Below, piece after piece: positions 47,021 through 55,782 of a DNA stretch of 64,000 nt (positions are counted from its first letter, which is position 1; the number at the start of each line of letters is the position of its first letter). The translations under genes and the position numbers were made by a program. The notes under the pieces were generated by a model. It was not told the DNA's origin, ran no database searches, and worked only from the letters and a program-made list of their open reading frames with translations. The DNA is from an uncultured Acidobacteriota bacterium (GTDB lineage: Bacteria; Acidobacteriota; Thermoanaerobaculia; UBA5066; Gp7-AA6), in the NCBI GenBank assembly GCA_963824165.1, contig CAWGOM010000008.1, positions 67,140 to 131,139 on the forward strand, read 5' to 3'.

Positions 47021-47294
47021 GCAGTTCGTCGCGCGTCCAGGTGATCTTGCCGCCGGTGCCGAGATCTCTCGGCTGGTGGAGCGACTCGAGGGCCCGCACG
47101 CGGGCCTCCTCGTACGCGTCGTCCTGGCGGACGAGCTCCTCGAGGGCTTCGACGAGAAGGCGGGAGATGGATGTCTCCTTCTCGACGGCGAGGTGCTTGA
47201 CCTTCCGGAGCAGGGCCCTGGGCAGCGCGAGGGTCACGTTCTGGGTTTCCACCGGTCTACCTATATGGGTGTTGTCGCGAGAGTCGCTCTTCAC
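47007..47294 (-). CDS. VapB-type (ribbon-helix-helix-like) antitoxin
   Basis: 95-aa ORF overlapping the vapC start. Contains VTLALPRALLRKVKHLAVEKETSISRLL. Confidence 0.6.
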   Translation of the reverse strand: MKSDSRDNTHIGRPVETQNVTLALPRALLRKVKHLAVEKETSISRLLVEALEELVRQDDAYEEARVRALESLHQPRDLGTGGKITWTRDELHERR

Positions 47295-47373
47295 GTGAAC
47301 GAGTGTAGCACGTGAATACGTGGCAGCCAGATAGCTTGCCTGCTTAAGTATTGATGGAGATCGACTTGTCTAA

Positions 47374-47994
47374 CTACGGCTTCGGCAGTGTCGCCCAGGG
47401 CGGGATCGCGAGAGCGTCCATGACGAGCTCGACGGAGAGGGCGGCGAGGAGGATGCCCATGACGCGGACGAGGATCGACGCGCCCTGGCGCCCGATGACG
47501 CGGAGGATGGCGTCGGAGGCGAGGAAGAGTCCGTAGGTCAGGAGGAGAACGAAGAGGAGGACGGCGGCGGTCTCCATCTGCTGGGGCACGGTGTAGACGT
47601 CGTTGTCGGTCAGGACGATGACGGCCATGATCGTCCCGGGGCCGGCGATGGAGGGAACGGCGAGGGGAAAGATGGCGATGTCGCGGTCGGGGTCGTCGGA
47701 GGCGGCGGCGCTCTCGAGTTTGCCGAAGAGCATCTGGAGGGAGAAGAGAAACAGGATGATGCCGCCGGCGAGCTTCAACGAGAGCAGGTGGACGCCCATG
47801 GCGTCGAGGATGAACTGGCCGGTGACGACGGCGCCGACGAGGATGATCGCGGCGTAGGTCGTGGCGCGGCGGGCGACGCGGCGGCGCTCGTCGCGGGTCA
47901 ACGTCGCCGTCAGGCCGGCGAAGAGGGCGAGGCTGCCGATCGGATCGACGGTCGCCCAGATGAACATGAAGTCGCGGACGATCTTGGCGAGCAT
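47374..47994 (-). CDS. marC: MarC-family (UPF0056) membrane protein
   Basis: 206-aa protein starting at the Met at 47994: MLAKIVRDFMFIWATVDPIG...IAIFPLAVPSIAGPG. Confidence 0.8.
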   Translation of the reverse strand: MLAKIVRDFMFIWATVDPIGSLALFAGLTATLTRDERRRVARRATTYAAIILVGAVVTGQFILDAMGVHLLSLKLAGGIILFLFSLQMLFGKLESAAASDDPDRDIAIFPLAVPSIAGPGTIMAVIVLTDNDVYTVPQQMETAAVLLFVLLLTYGLFLASDAILRVIGRQGASILVRVMGILLAALSVELVMDALAIPPWATLPKP

Positions 47995-48034
47995 GGAGCG
48001 CTGGCCAGGGACTATATGCCGGCGCGGGTGTCTC

Positions 48035-49582
48035 TCAGTCGTACACGCCGTCGGCGAACCACGCGCTTCCGGCGCGGTCGCGGTAGATCCGGTAGAGCCC
48101 GCCGTCGGAGAGCTCGACGTCCCAGTAGTCGCGGTCGGCGGGGGCCTCGGTCCACCAGCCGTCCTCGAGGGACCAGGGTCCGGAGGCCACGCGCACGGAG
48201 CCGGAGATCGGCGGCGCCGCGTCGGGCGGGGACTGGATCGACACGGGCGACGGTTGTCGGCCGCCGCTCTGGCCGGCTGGTCGACGATGACCTCCACCGC
48301 CACCGGCGGCCGCAGCACGCGCACCGAGAGGAGGCCGCGCCCGTTCTTCGCCGGCGAGCGCAGCTTCGGCGGAGGCGGCGGCGCGTAGCCGCGTGACGCA
48401 TCGCGAAGCGCTCGGGGCGGTGGCCGTCGACCGAGCGCGGAGAGCCGACGCGGTCGGCGCCGAGAAGGGCGGCCAGGCGCGCGATCGTCGTGGCGAGGCG
48501 GTCGGGCGAGAGGGCCGCGGGGCCGAAGAGGGAAAGCTGCGCGCGGCGCGGCGAGTCCGGGTGCGCGGAGAGGACGAAGCCGGCGACGGGCGCGCCGGGC
48601 GGACGGGCCTCGAGCTCGAGACGGACGAGGGTCAGGAGCGTCTTGGCGTCGCGGGTGGGCGCGGGCAGCGCGATCGCGCGCGCGTCGTGGCCGTCGGGGT
48701 CGAGCTTCAGCGTGACCTCGAGGCGCGTGCAGGAGAGGGCGCGGGACTCGAGCCTCGCGAGCAGGCGCTCGAGCGCGGCGTGCGCGAGAAAGAGGAAGGG
48801 CTCGAGGGTCGCGACCGGCCACTCGAGGTCCATGCCCTCGGTGAAGGAGGGCGGCGGGACCCAGGGCTCGAGCGGCGCGGGATCGAGGCCGCGCGCGGAG
48901 AGGTGGAGGGCGCGGCCGAGCTCGCCGAGGCGGCTGGCGACTTCGCCTTCGGGCAGCTTCGCGAGCTCGCCGATCGTCGAGAGGCCCCAGCGGTCGAGGG
49001 TCGCGGCGATCTCGAGCTGCGGGGCGAGCCTCTCGAGCGGGAGCGGCGCGAGGAAGGCCGCCTCCTCGCCTTGCGGCGACGACGGTCGGCGAATCGGGCA
49101 GCCCCGCGGCGACGCGCGCCGCGAGCTTCGACGCCGCCACGCCGACGCGCGCCGGCAGCCCCGCCTTCTCCGCCGCGCGGATCATGTCCCCCGCGAGGTC
49201 GCGCAGGGCGTCTCCCGTCTGTTCCTGACGGGGGCCGGGCCGTCAACCGCGCGTGCCCCTCCAGGTCCACGTACGTCACGCCCTCCCCCGCGTCCTCGAC
49301 GCGCGGCGAGAAGGACTCCGCGACCTCGAGCAGCGCCTCCGCCGCGGCGCGCTCGCACTCGGCGTCGCGTCCGCGCGCGACGAGGCCGGGCATGCGCCCG
49401 CGCGCCTGGGGCAGCGTCATGCCGGGCGCGATGCCGGCCCTGCGCGCCTTGCGCGTCGCGGCGACGACGCGCGCGGCGTTGCCGTTGCCCTCGAAGATCG
49501 CGACGGCCTCGCCCTTCAGCTCCGGCTCGCTGCGCAGCCGCGCCGCGAGCGGGAAGAGCGGGACGAAGAGGCAGGCGATCAT
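48035..49582 (-). pseudogene. imuB: ImuB (Y-family polymerase-like, SOS mutagenesis), frame-disrupted
   Basis: The N-terminus MIACLFVPLFPLAARLR (ORF 48707..49582), the middle (ORFs 47374..49185 and 48012..48833) and the C-terminus SGPWSLEDGWW...YRIYRD (ORF 48035..48244) lie in different frames. Confidence 0.75.
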
Positions 49583-49597
49583 GGACGTATGCGTAAC

Positions 49598-49679
49598 GGG
49601 GCGGGGATGAACCCCGCCCCCACGACCGGGGCCCGAACCTTCGCGCTCTCGTCGTAGGGGCGGGGCTTGCCCCCGCCCT
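49598..49679. repeat. GC-rich hairpin repeats (family A), two copies in opposite orientation
   Basis: ggggcggggatgaaccccgcccccacgac and gtcgtaggggcggggcttgcccccgccc, between imuA and imuB. Confidence 0.8.
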
Positions 49680-50371
49680 CATCCGCCACCGACAACGCGA
49701 ACGACTCCCCCACTCCTCCCCTGCGCCCGCCCGTCCTTCTCGAGCGTCAGCCGCACGCCCATGCCCTCGAGCAGGCGCGGCGACTTCCCCGCCCCGCGCC
49801 AGACCGCGCGCGCGGCGCCGGCGGAGACGACCGCCTCGGCGGCGATGCCGCTGACGCGATAGGGCGCGAGCACGAGCAGCGCCGCGCGGCGGTCGCGGGC
49901 GGCGCGCGTCAGGCGCACCCACGCGGCGTCGGGCACGGAGCGGCCGCGCACGGGCGGCAGGCCCAGGTCGACGACGACGAGCGGGAACCCGGTCGCAAGC
50001 AGCATCTCGGCGCTCGCGACGGCCTCCTTCAGCTTCGACGGCCGCACCCAGAGCAGGCGCGAGAGATCGACGCCGGCATCCTCGGCCGACTGCGGATCGA
50101 GGTGCCCACCGAGATCCACGAGCGCGGCCGCCTCGCCGGCGGAGGTCGCCGCGGCGAGCGAGGCGATGCCGATCGAGAAGCGCCCGCACGAGCGGCGGCC
50201 CGAGATCTCCGTCAGCGCGCCGCGCGGGAGTCCTCCCGAGAGGAGCCGGTCGAGCGCGGCGACTTTCGTCGCGAGCGGATTGCGCGCGGCCGCGGGCGAC
50301 GGCAGGTCGGAGGCGCGCGTGAGCAGGGAGCCCGATCCTTCCAGCAGCCGCTCGATCGCCAGAGCGCCCAT
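49679..50371 (-). CDS. imuA: ImuA (RecA/SulA-like, SOS mutagenesis)
   Basis: 230-aa ORF with LDRLLSGGLPRGALTEISG, directly upstream of imuB. Confidence 0.75.
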   Translation of the reverse strand: MGALAIERLLEGSGSLLTRASDLPSPAAARNPLATKVAALDRLLSGGLPRGALTEISGRRSCGRFSIGIASLAAATSAGEAAALVDLGGHLDPQSAEDAGVDLSRLLWVRPSKLKEAVASAEMLLATGFPLVVVDLGLPPVRGRSVPDAAWVRLTRAARDRRAALLVLAPYRVSGIAAEAVVSAGAARAVWRGAGKSPRLLEGMGVRLTLEKDGRAQGRSGGVVRVVGGG

Positions 50372-50453
50372 GTCTCCCCCTTCAGGTGTAGAGAGGCACG
50401 ATAGGCGTAAATAAGGCGTAACTCAAGAGGCAACTGAATATGTAAGCCTCACT

Positions 50454-50485
50454 TGACTTACTGTAAAGCAAACATTACATTCCCT
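50454..50485 (+). promoter_or_regulatory. candidate sigma70-type promoter with overlapping palindrome
   Basis: TTGACT-17 nt-TACATT in the only A/T-rich intergenic tract. The palindrome TGTAA-N8-TTACA at 50462-50479 overlaps the spacer. Confidence 0.35.
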
Positions 50486-50517
50486 GCGCCGGAGATCAAG
50501 AATCAGGAGGGAAACGC

Positions 50518-50940
50518 ATGGAAAACGCCACGGAATCGATCGACCGCCTTCCCCGCGCGCGCGGCCGCGGGTGGCTGACCCTCGCCGCCGGCATCGCCGC
50601 GCTCGCCGTCTACTTCGCCAGCCGCGTCCTCCTCGAGCGGTCGGACCTTCCGGCGCGCCTGCCGGTCGCGCTCGCACCCCTGCCCTTCTTCGTTCTCTTT
50701 CTCATCGCCTTCATCCGGCTCGTGCGCGGCATGGACGAGCTCGAGCGCCGCATCCAGCTCGAGGCCCTCGCGTTCGCGTACCCCGCGGTCCTCGTCCTCC
50801 TCATGACGCTCGGCCTTCTGCAGCTCGCCGGCGTCGCGCTCTCGCCGGCGGACTGGAGCTTTCGCCACGTGTGGCAGATCGGCGTCGTCCTCTACGTCGG
50901 CGGCATGGCTCTGGCCTCGCGGCGCTACGGGTTCAAGTGA
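50518..50940 (+). CDS. hypothetical 4-TM membrane protein
   Basis: 140-aa hydrophobic ORF. Its stop overlaps the start of the XRE gene. Confidence 0.6.
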   Translation: MENATESIDRLPRARGRGWLTLAAGIAALAVYFASRVLLERSDLPARLPVALAPLPFFVLFLIAFIRLVRGMDELERRIQLEALAFAYPAVLVLLMTLGLLQLAGVALSPADWSFRHVWQIGVVLYVGGMALASRRYGFK

Positions 50941-51158
50941 GAAACCGCCTGCGCGTCCTGCGCGCCGAGCGGGACTGGTCCCAGGCGGACCTGGCCGAGC
51001 GCCTCGCCGTCTCGCGCCAGACCGTCAACGCCATCGAGACCGGCCGCTACGACCCCAGCCTGCCTCTCGCCTTCCGGATCGCGAAAGTCTTCGGGGCCCT
51101 GATCGAGGAGATCTTCGTTCCCGAGGGCCAGCCGCTGCCCCAGTCGTTCGGGACCTAG
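50937..51158 (+). CDS. XRE-family helix-turn-helix regulator
   Basis: GTG at 50937. Contains RLRVLRAERDWSQADLAERLAVSRQTVNAIETGRYDPSLPLAFRIAKVF. Confidence 0.85.
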   Translation: MRNRLRVLRAERDWSQADLAERLAVSRQTVNAIETGRYDPSLPLAFRIAKVFGALIEEIFVPEGQPLPQSFGT

Positions 51159-51194
51159 GGACGGGGCTCGTCTCGATCCCGGGATTCCGGCTCG

Positions 51195-51275
51195 GTCGTA
51201 GGGGCGGGGCTCGTCCCCGCCCTCCGGCTTCCGGCCCGGTCGTAGGGGCGGGGCTCGTCCCCGCCCTCCGGCTTC
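51195..51275. repeat. GC-rich hairpin repeats (family A), tandem direct pair
   Basis: gtcgtaggggcggggctcgtccccgccctccggcttc occurs twice with a 44-bp period. Confidence 0.85.
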
Positions 51276-51373
51276 GCGCATAGAATTCCGCCATTACCAA
51301 GCGGCCGGACTCCCCCGCGGCGCACGCGGTCTTCATCAGCTACTCCAACCGGGACAAACCGGTTGCGGAGGCG

Positions 51374-52276
51374 GTGCGCGCGGGGCTGGAGGATCGGGGG
51401 ATCCGCTGCTGGATCGCGCCGCGGGACATCCTTCCCGGCGCCGACTGGGGCGCGGCGATCGTGGACGCGATCACGGCCTCGCGGGTGATGGTGCTGATCT
51501 ACTCGGGCCACGCCAACGCGTCGCCGCAGATCAAGCGCGAGGTCGAGCGGGCGGTCGCCAAGGGCGTGAAGCTCGTCCCCTTCCGGATCGAGGACGTGCC
51601 GCTCTCGAAGAACCTCGAGTACTTCATCTCGACGGCGCACTGGCAGGACGCGCTGACCGAGCCGCTCGAGGGACACGTCGGGAAGCTCGCGGAGACCGTG
51701 CGGTTCCTGACGGCCTCGCGCGATTCGACGCAGGTGCCGCCGCCGCTCCACCGGCACAGCGGGGCGCGGCTGGGCGATCCGTCGCCGCTCGTGCCGGCGA
51801 CCAACGTCTGGAAGAAGCCGGCCGCCGGAGTCCTCGGCGTCGTGGCCGTCGCCGCCGCGCTCTACCTCTTCGTCCTGCGCAAGGAGCCGCCGCAGATCGC
51901 GGCCGTGAACTTCCCGCCCGTGATCGTGGCCGGCAGCCGCGAGGCCATCGGCACGGTGCAGTTCCAGGCGGGCGACGACGACCTCGCGGAGGCCGACTTT
52001 TCGGTCGTTTCGGCGACGAAGTTCGAGCCGTTTACGCTGCGGCCGGCGGTGGCTGGCGAGAAACAGGGCAGTTTTCCCTTTCTGGTCCGGTCGAGCGTGC
52101 CCCAGGTCGTGACACTCCGGGCCACCCTGATCGACGCTCGCGGCCGGCGCTCGCGACCGGTATCCTTCTCCTTCGAGGTGAAGAAGCCGCCCGCACCCCC
52201 GCCGTCCTCCGCCGGAACCCGCCGCACGATCGAGATCCCGCTGCCGCCGAACCTGAAGTTGAAGATCCCTCGCTGA
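51374..52276 (+). CDS. TIR-domain protein with TM segment and C-terminal extracytoplasmic domain
   Basis: TIR motifs run from in-frame upstream AVFISYSNRDK (about 51326) through CWIAPRDI...VMVLIYS...REVERA. The track start at 51374 is an internal GTG, and no canonical start lies upstream. Confidence 0.7.
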   Translation: MRAGLEDRGIRCWIAPRDILPGADWGAAIVDAITASRVMVLIYSGHANASPQIKREVERAVAKGVKLVPFRIEDVPLSKNLEYFISTAHWQDALTEPLEGHVGKLAETVRFLTASRDSTQVPPPLHRHSGARLGDPSPLVPATNVWKKPAAGVLGVVAVAAALYLFVLRKEPPQIAAVNFPPVIVAGSREAIGTVQFQAGDDDLAEADFSVVSATKFEPFTLRPAVAGEKQGSFPFLVRSSVPQVVTLRATLIDARGRRSRPVSFSFEVKKPPAPPPSSAGTRRTIEIPLPPNLKLKIPR

Positions 52277-52298
52277 CGGACGCGCGACGCCGACGACC

Positions 52299-52985
52299 AT
52301 GAGCCTCTTCGTCAAGGGAATGATCGTGGGGTTCTGCCTCGCGGCTCCGGTCGGCCCGATCGCCGCGATCTGCGTGCAGCGCACCATCGCCAAGCGCTTG
52401 ATCTCGGGCATCGTCTCGGGGCTCGGCGCCGCCGCGGCGGATGCGGTCTACGGCGCGGTCGCCGCCTTCGGCGCGACGATCGTCTCCGAGTTCCTCATCA
52501 CCGAGCACGAGTGGCTCCAGCGGGTCGGCGGCGTGATCCTGCTCGTCCTCGGCCTGCGGCTCTTCCTGATCAAGCCGATCGAGCGCGAGGCCTCCAACGG
52601 AAACGGCGGCCGCGGCCTCGTCGGCGACTTCCTGTCGACCTTCGTGCTCACGCTGACCAACCCGATGACCTTCGTGGCGTTCGCCGCCATCTTCGCGACG
52701 ATGGGCATCGGCGCCGTGCGCGGGGAGCCGATCCTGACGCTCGAGCTCGTCGGCGGCGTCTTCGCCGGATCGGGCGCCTGGTGGATCATCCTCTGCGCCG
52801 GCGCCTGGGCCATGCGGCGCCACTTCGACTTCAAGCGCCTCGCGTTCGTGAACCGCGCCACGGGGGTCTTCGTCATCGGCGTCGGCCTCGTCTATCTCTT
52901 CCTCAAGACCTCGGCCGACCACGGTCCGACGATCCCCATCCCCGAGCGCCTGCGCGCCCCCACCCCCGCCGCGGCCCCGTCGTAG
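52299..52985 (+). CDS. LysE/RhtB-family amino-acid exporter
   Basis: 228-aa ORF containing GMIVGFCLAAPVGPIAAICV..., multi-TM. Confidence 0.8.
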   Translation: MSLFVKGMIVGFCLAAPVGPIAAICVQRTIAKRLISGIVSGLGAAAADAVYGAVAAFGATIVSEFLITEHEWLQRVGGVILLVLGLRLFLIKPIEREASNGNGGRGLVGDFLSTFVLTLTNPMTFVAFAAIFATMGIGAVRGEPILTLELVGGVFAGSGAWWIILCAGAWAMRRHFDFKRLAFVNRATGVFVIGVGLVYLFLKTSADHGPTIPIPERLRAPTPAAAPS

Positions 52986-53007
52986 GGGCGGGGCTTGTCC
53001 CCGCCCC
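52979..53007. repeat. GC-rich hairpin repeat (family A)
   Basis: gtcgtaggggcggggcttgtccccgcccc, overlapping the LysE stop codon. Confidence 0.8.
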
Positions 53008-53020
53008 AAGCGGTCGTTGG

Positions 53021-53437
53021 CTACCCCCGGAATCCCACCTTGTGGTGCGTGCCGTCGCAATACGGCTTGTTGCCCGACGCGCCGCAGCGGCAGAGGGCGT
53101 AGCGGTGGCCGGCGTCGGCCCAGCGCTCGCCGGCGGGATCGACGAGGGGCATGGGCCCGCGGACATGGATGGGGCCGTCCTTCTCGAAGGTGATCGCGAC
53201 CTCCGTCGGGACGGGCTCCGGCGCTCCGCCGTCGCGCCGTACGTAGAGGAGCGCCCCGGTCGGGCAGCGCGCGACGACCTCCGCGACCTTCTCCGCGCCG
53301 GCCGCTTCGGGCCGGATCCACGGCCTCGCGTTCGGATCGAAGACCTCGGGCGCGCCCTCGACGCAGCGCGCGGCGTGGATGCAGCGCCTCGCGTCGTAGC
53401 TGACCTCGATGTCCTTCGACGCGTACGTCTTCCTCAC
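53021..53437 (-). CDS. Fe-S protein: divergent 4Fe-4S domain plus CDGSH-type domain
   Basis: GTG at 53437. Contains DARRCIHAARC...ARCPTGAL and CRCGASGNKPYCDGTHHK. Confidence 0.75.
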   Translation of the reverse strand: MRKTYASKDIEVSYDARRCIHAARCVEGAPEVFDPNARPWIRPEAAGAEKVAEVVARCPTGALLYVRRDGGAPEPVPTEVAITFEKDGPIHVRGPMPLVDPAGERWADAGHRYALCRCGASGNKPYCDGTHHKVGFRG

Positions 53438-54012
53438 GGGCGGCCTCCGTGCACCGCGGGCGCGAGCATCATCCGCGCCTTCTCGAGCGCGCGCGTGAGC
53501 GACACGTCGACGCCGGAGGACAGCGCGGCCTCGAAGCTGCGCCATTCCATCGGCCGCGCCCCGTCCTCCGCGGCCGCCCGGTCGATCTCGCTTCCCGTCG
53601 TGAAGAGGTAGCGCACGTCGAAGTGAGAGTGCGCGGGCTCGCCCGGCCGCTCCGGGATCGCGTGAACGTCGACGTCGAAGATCGCGCCTCCGAACGGCGC
53701 GTCGAAGGACTCGATCCCGGTCTCCTCCCGCGCCTCGCGCAGCGCGGCGTCGAAGGCCGACGCGTCCGTTCGCTCCGCGTGCCCGCCCGGCTGGAGCCAG
53801 CGGCCGAGCTTGCGGTGATGGAGCAGCAGGAACGCCGAGCCGTCCGGCCGCGCCACGATGGCGCTCGCCGTGATGTGGCCCTCGGGGTTCTCGCGCGCGA
53901 AGGGGTCGGCGGGCGCGGAGAGGAAGCGGCGCATCCACGCCAGCGACTCGCTCTCCTTCGCGTCCGCGGGACCGTAGTCCGAGAGATCGGAAAGCAGCTC
54001 TTCGCGGTTCAT
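53434..54012 (-). CDS. NUDIX hydrolase
   Basis: Starts at the Met at 54012. NUDIX box GGHAERTDASAFDAALREAREETGI. Confidence 0.85.
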   Translation of the reverse strand: MNREELLSDLSDYGPADAKESESLAWMRRFLSAPADPFARENPEGHITASAIVARPDGSAFLLLHHRKLGRWLQPGGHAERTDASAFDAALREAREETGIESFDAPFGGAIFDVDVHAIPERPGEPAHSHFDVRYLFTTGSEIDRAAAEDGARPMEWRSFEAALSSGVDVSLTRALEKARMMLAPAVHGGRP

Positions 54013-55262
54013 GCCGTCCTTTCGAGAACCAGGACCGTCCAGTCGTCGGCGAGCGTGGGCCCCGTCGCCGCGCGCACGGACTCGAGGAGCTTGTCGACGG
54101 TCCGAGCGCCCGAAAGCAGCGCCTCGAAGCGTTCGTAGCCGAGCGGGTCGCCCTGCGCGGTCGGCGCTTCGGGTAGCCCGTCGGACAGGAGCATCAGCCG
54201 CTCTCCCGGCGCGAGCACGCCGCCGATCTTCTCGTACGCGACCTCGTTGCGCACGCCGAGAGGAAACCGCGGCCCGGGCGTCGAGATCGCGCGCGGCTCG
54301 CCGTTGCGGTCGAGCACGTACGGGTCCGGCAGCCCGGCGTTCGAAAGCTCCCAGGCGCCGGTCTTCGGGTCGTAGCGCGCGTAGGTCAGCGCGACGAACT
54401 CCCGCGCATCGAGGCGCGGCTTCAGACGGCGGTTCGCTTCGCGCAGCGCCTCGTCGACCGGACGCTCGGCCGCGAGAAACGGGAGCGCCGCCTTCACCGT
54501 CGCCATGATGAGGCTCGCGCCCATGCCCTTGCCCGCGACGTCCGCGACGACGATCCCGACCGCGCCGTCCGGCAGCCGGAAGACGTCGTAGAAGTCGCCG
54601 GCCACGTAGCGCGCCGGGAGGTTGCGCGCGGAGATGCGGTAGCCCTCGCCCGAGAGCTCCTGCGGCGGGAGGATGCGCTGCTGGATCGAGCGCGCGAGCT
54701 CGATCTCCTTCTCGGCGAACTCGGCTTCCTTGAGGCGCTCGACGGACTTCTCGAGCCGGCCCTGCATGACACCGAAGCCGTAGAACAGAATGCCCACGAG
54801 GGCGCCGATCGCGCCCGCGACCGGAAAATAGCCGCGCAGCTCCTCGAAGCCGATCTTGAAGTGGACGAGGCCGAGCGCCAGGCCGAGGCGGCTCGCGAGC
54901 AGCCACCCCACGACGCCGCCGACGAAGTAGACCGCCGTCCGCGCGAGCCAGGACGGGAGACGCGTGCGCTCCAGCCAGCCGCGCAGGATCCACGCCAGCC
55001 CCGCGCAGAAGACGTACCCGAAGACGCCGATGAGCACGCCGTAGGCCGCGGCGCCCCAGGTGAACCGCTGCGCGTCGTCGGCCGTGACGAGGTAGACCAC
55101 GCCGAGGCCGATCGCGGCGGAGATCGCGAGGTCGCGCAGTTGGGCGAGGACGTGCGACCGGCCGGCGTTGCTCACGCGCCGATCGTACAGCGGGCGGATT
55201 CGGGTATCGGCAATAATGCCGCCCGCGAGGTGAACGAACGATGACCAACCCCGACTTTGCAA
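54009..55262 (-). CDS. PP2C/SpoIIE-family Ser phosphatase with N-terminal membrane domain
   Basis: 417-aa ORF with ARSIQQRILP...VAGDFYDVF...VVADVAGKGMGASL...LLSDGL. Confidence 0.85.
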   Translation of the reverse strand: MQSRGWSSFVHLAGGIIADTRIRPLYDRRVSNAGRSHVLAQLRDLAISAAIGLGVVYLVTADDAQRFTWGAAAYGVLIGVFGYVFCAGLAWILRGWLERTRLPSWLARTAVYFVGGVVGWLLASRLGLALGLVHFKIGFEELRGYFPVAGAIGALVGILFYGFGVMQGRLEKSVERLKEAEFAEKEIELARSIQQRILPPQELSGEGYRISARNLPARYVAGDFYDVFRLPDGAVGIVVADVAGKGMGASLIMATVKAALPFLAAERPVDEALREANRRLKPRLDAREFVALTYARYDPKTGAWELSNAGLPDPYVLDRNGEPRAISTPGPRFPLGVRNEVAYEKIGGVLAPGERLMLLSDGLPEAPTAQGDPLGYERFEALLSGARTVDKLLESVRAATGPTLADDWTVLVLERTA

Positions 55263-55690
55263 CGATCGACGGAATCATCACGGCCATGTACGAATCGATC
55301 TCCGGCAGGGCCGGGCAGCCGCGGCAGTGGGACCGCGACCGGGCGCTGCATCACCCGAAGGCGCTCCTGATCCCGGCGCGGCAGGCTTCCGGGGGACCGG
55401 CGGCGGGCGTCTTCGACTTCGACGAGTTCGTCGCGTCGCGCGGGCCGTACCTCGACTCGACCGACTTCTACGAGGTCGAGATCGGCCGGCGCGAGTTCCG
55501 CTTCGGTGTGATCGCGAACGTGCTGTCCTCCTACGAGGCGCGCACCGCGCCGGCGCCCGATGGAAAGGTCCTGCGCAAGGGCGTCAACAGCATCCAGCTC
55601 ATGCACGACGGGGAACGCTGGTGGATCATGTCGACGCTCTGGGACAACGAGCGCGACGGCGTCGCGCTGCCGAAGGACCTGGCGGGCTAG
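55241..55690 (+). CDS. hypothetical protein (NTF2-like?)
   Basis: 149-aa ORF; no firm family assignment. Confidence 0.5.
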   Translation: MTNPDFATIDGIITAMYESISGRAGQPRQWDRDRALHHPKALLIPARQASGGPAAGVFDFDEFVASRGPYLDSTDFYEVEIGRREFRFGVIANVLSSYEARTAPAPDGKVLRKGVNSIQLMHDGERWWIMSTLWDNERDGVALPKDLAG

Positions 55691-55703
55691 AGCCCGACGA
55701 GAG

Positions 55704-55782
55704 GGGGCGGGGACGAGCCCGCCTACGACCGGAGTCGGATCGTTTGCCAAGGCCCGTCGTAGGCGGCGGCCCCGCCCCTACG
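55704..55782. repeat. GC-rich hairpin repeats (family A), two degenerate copies
   Basis: gggggcggggacgagcccgcctacgac and gtcgtaggcggcggccccgcccctacg. Confidence 0.7.
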
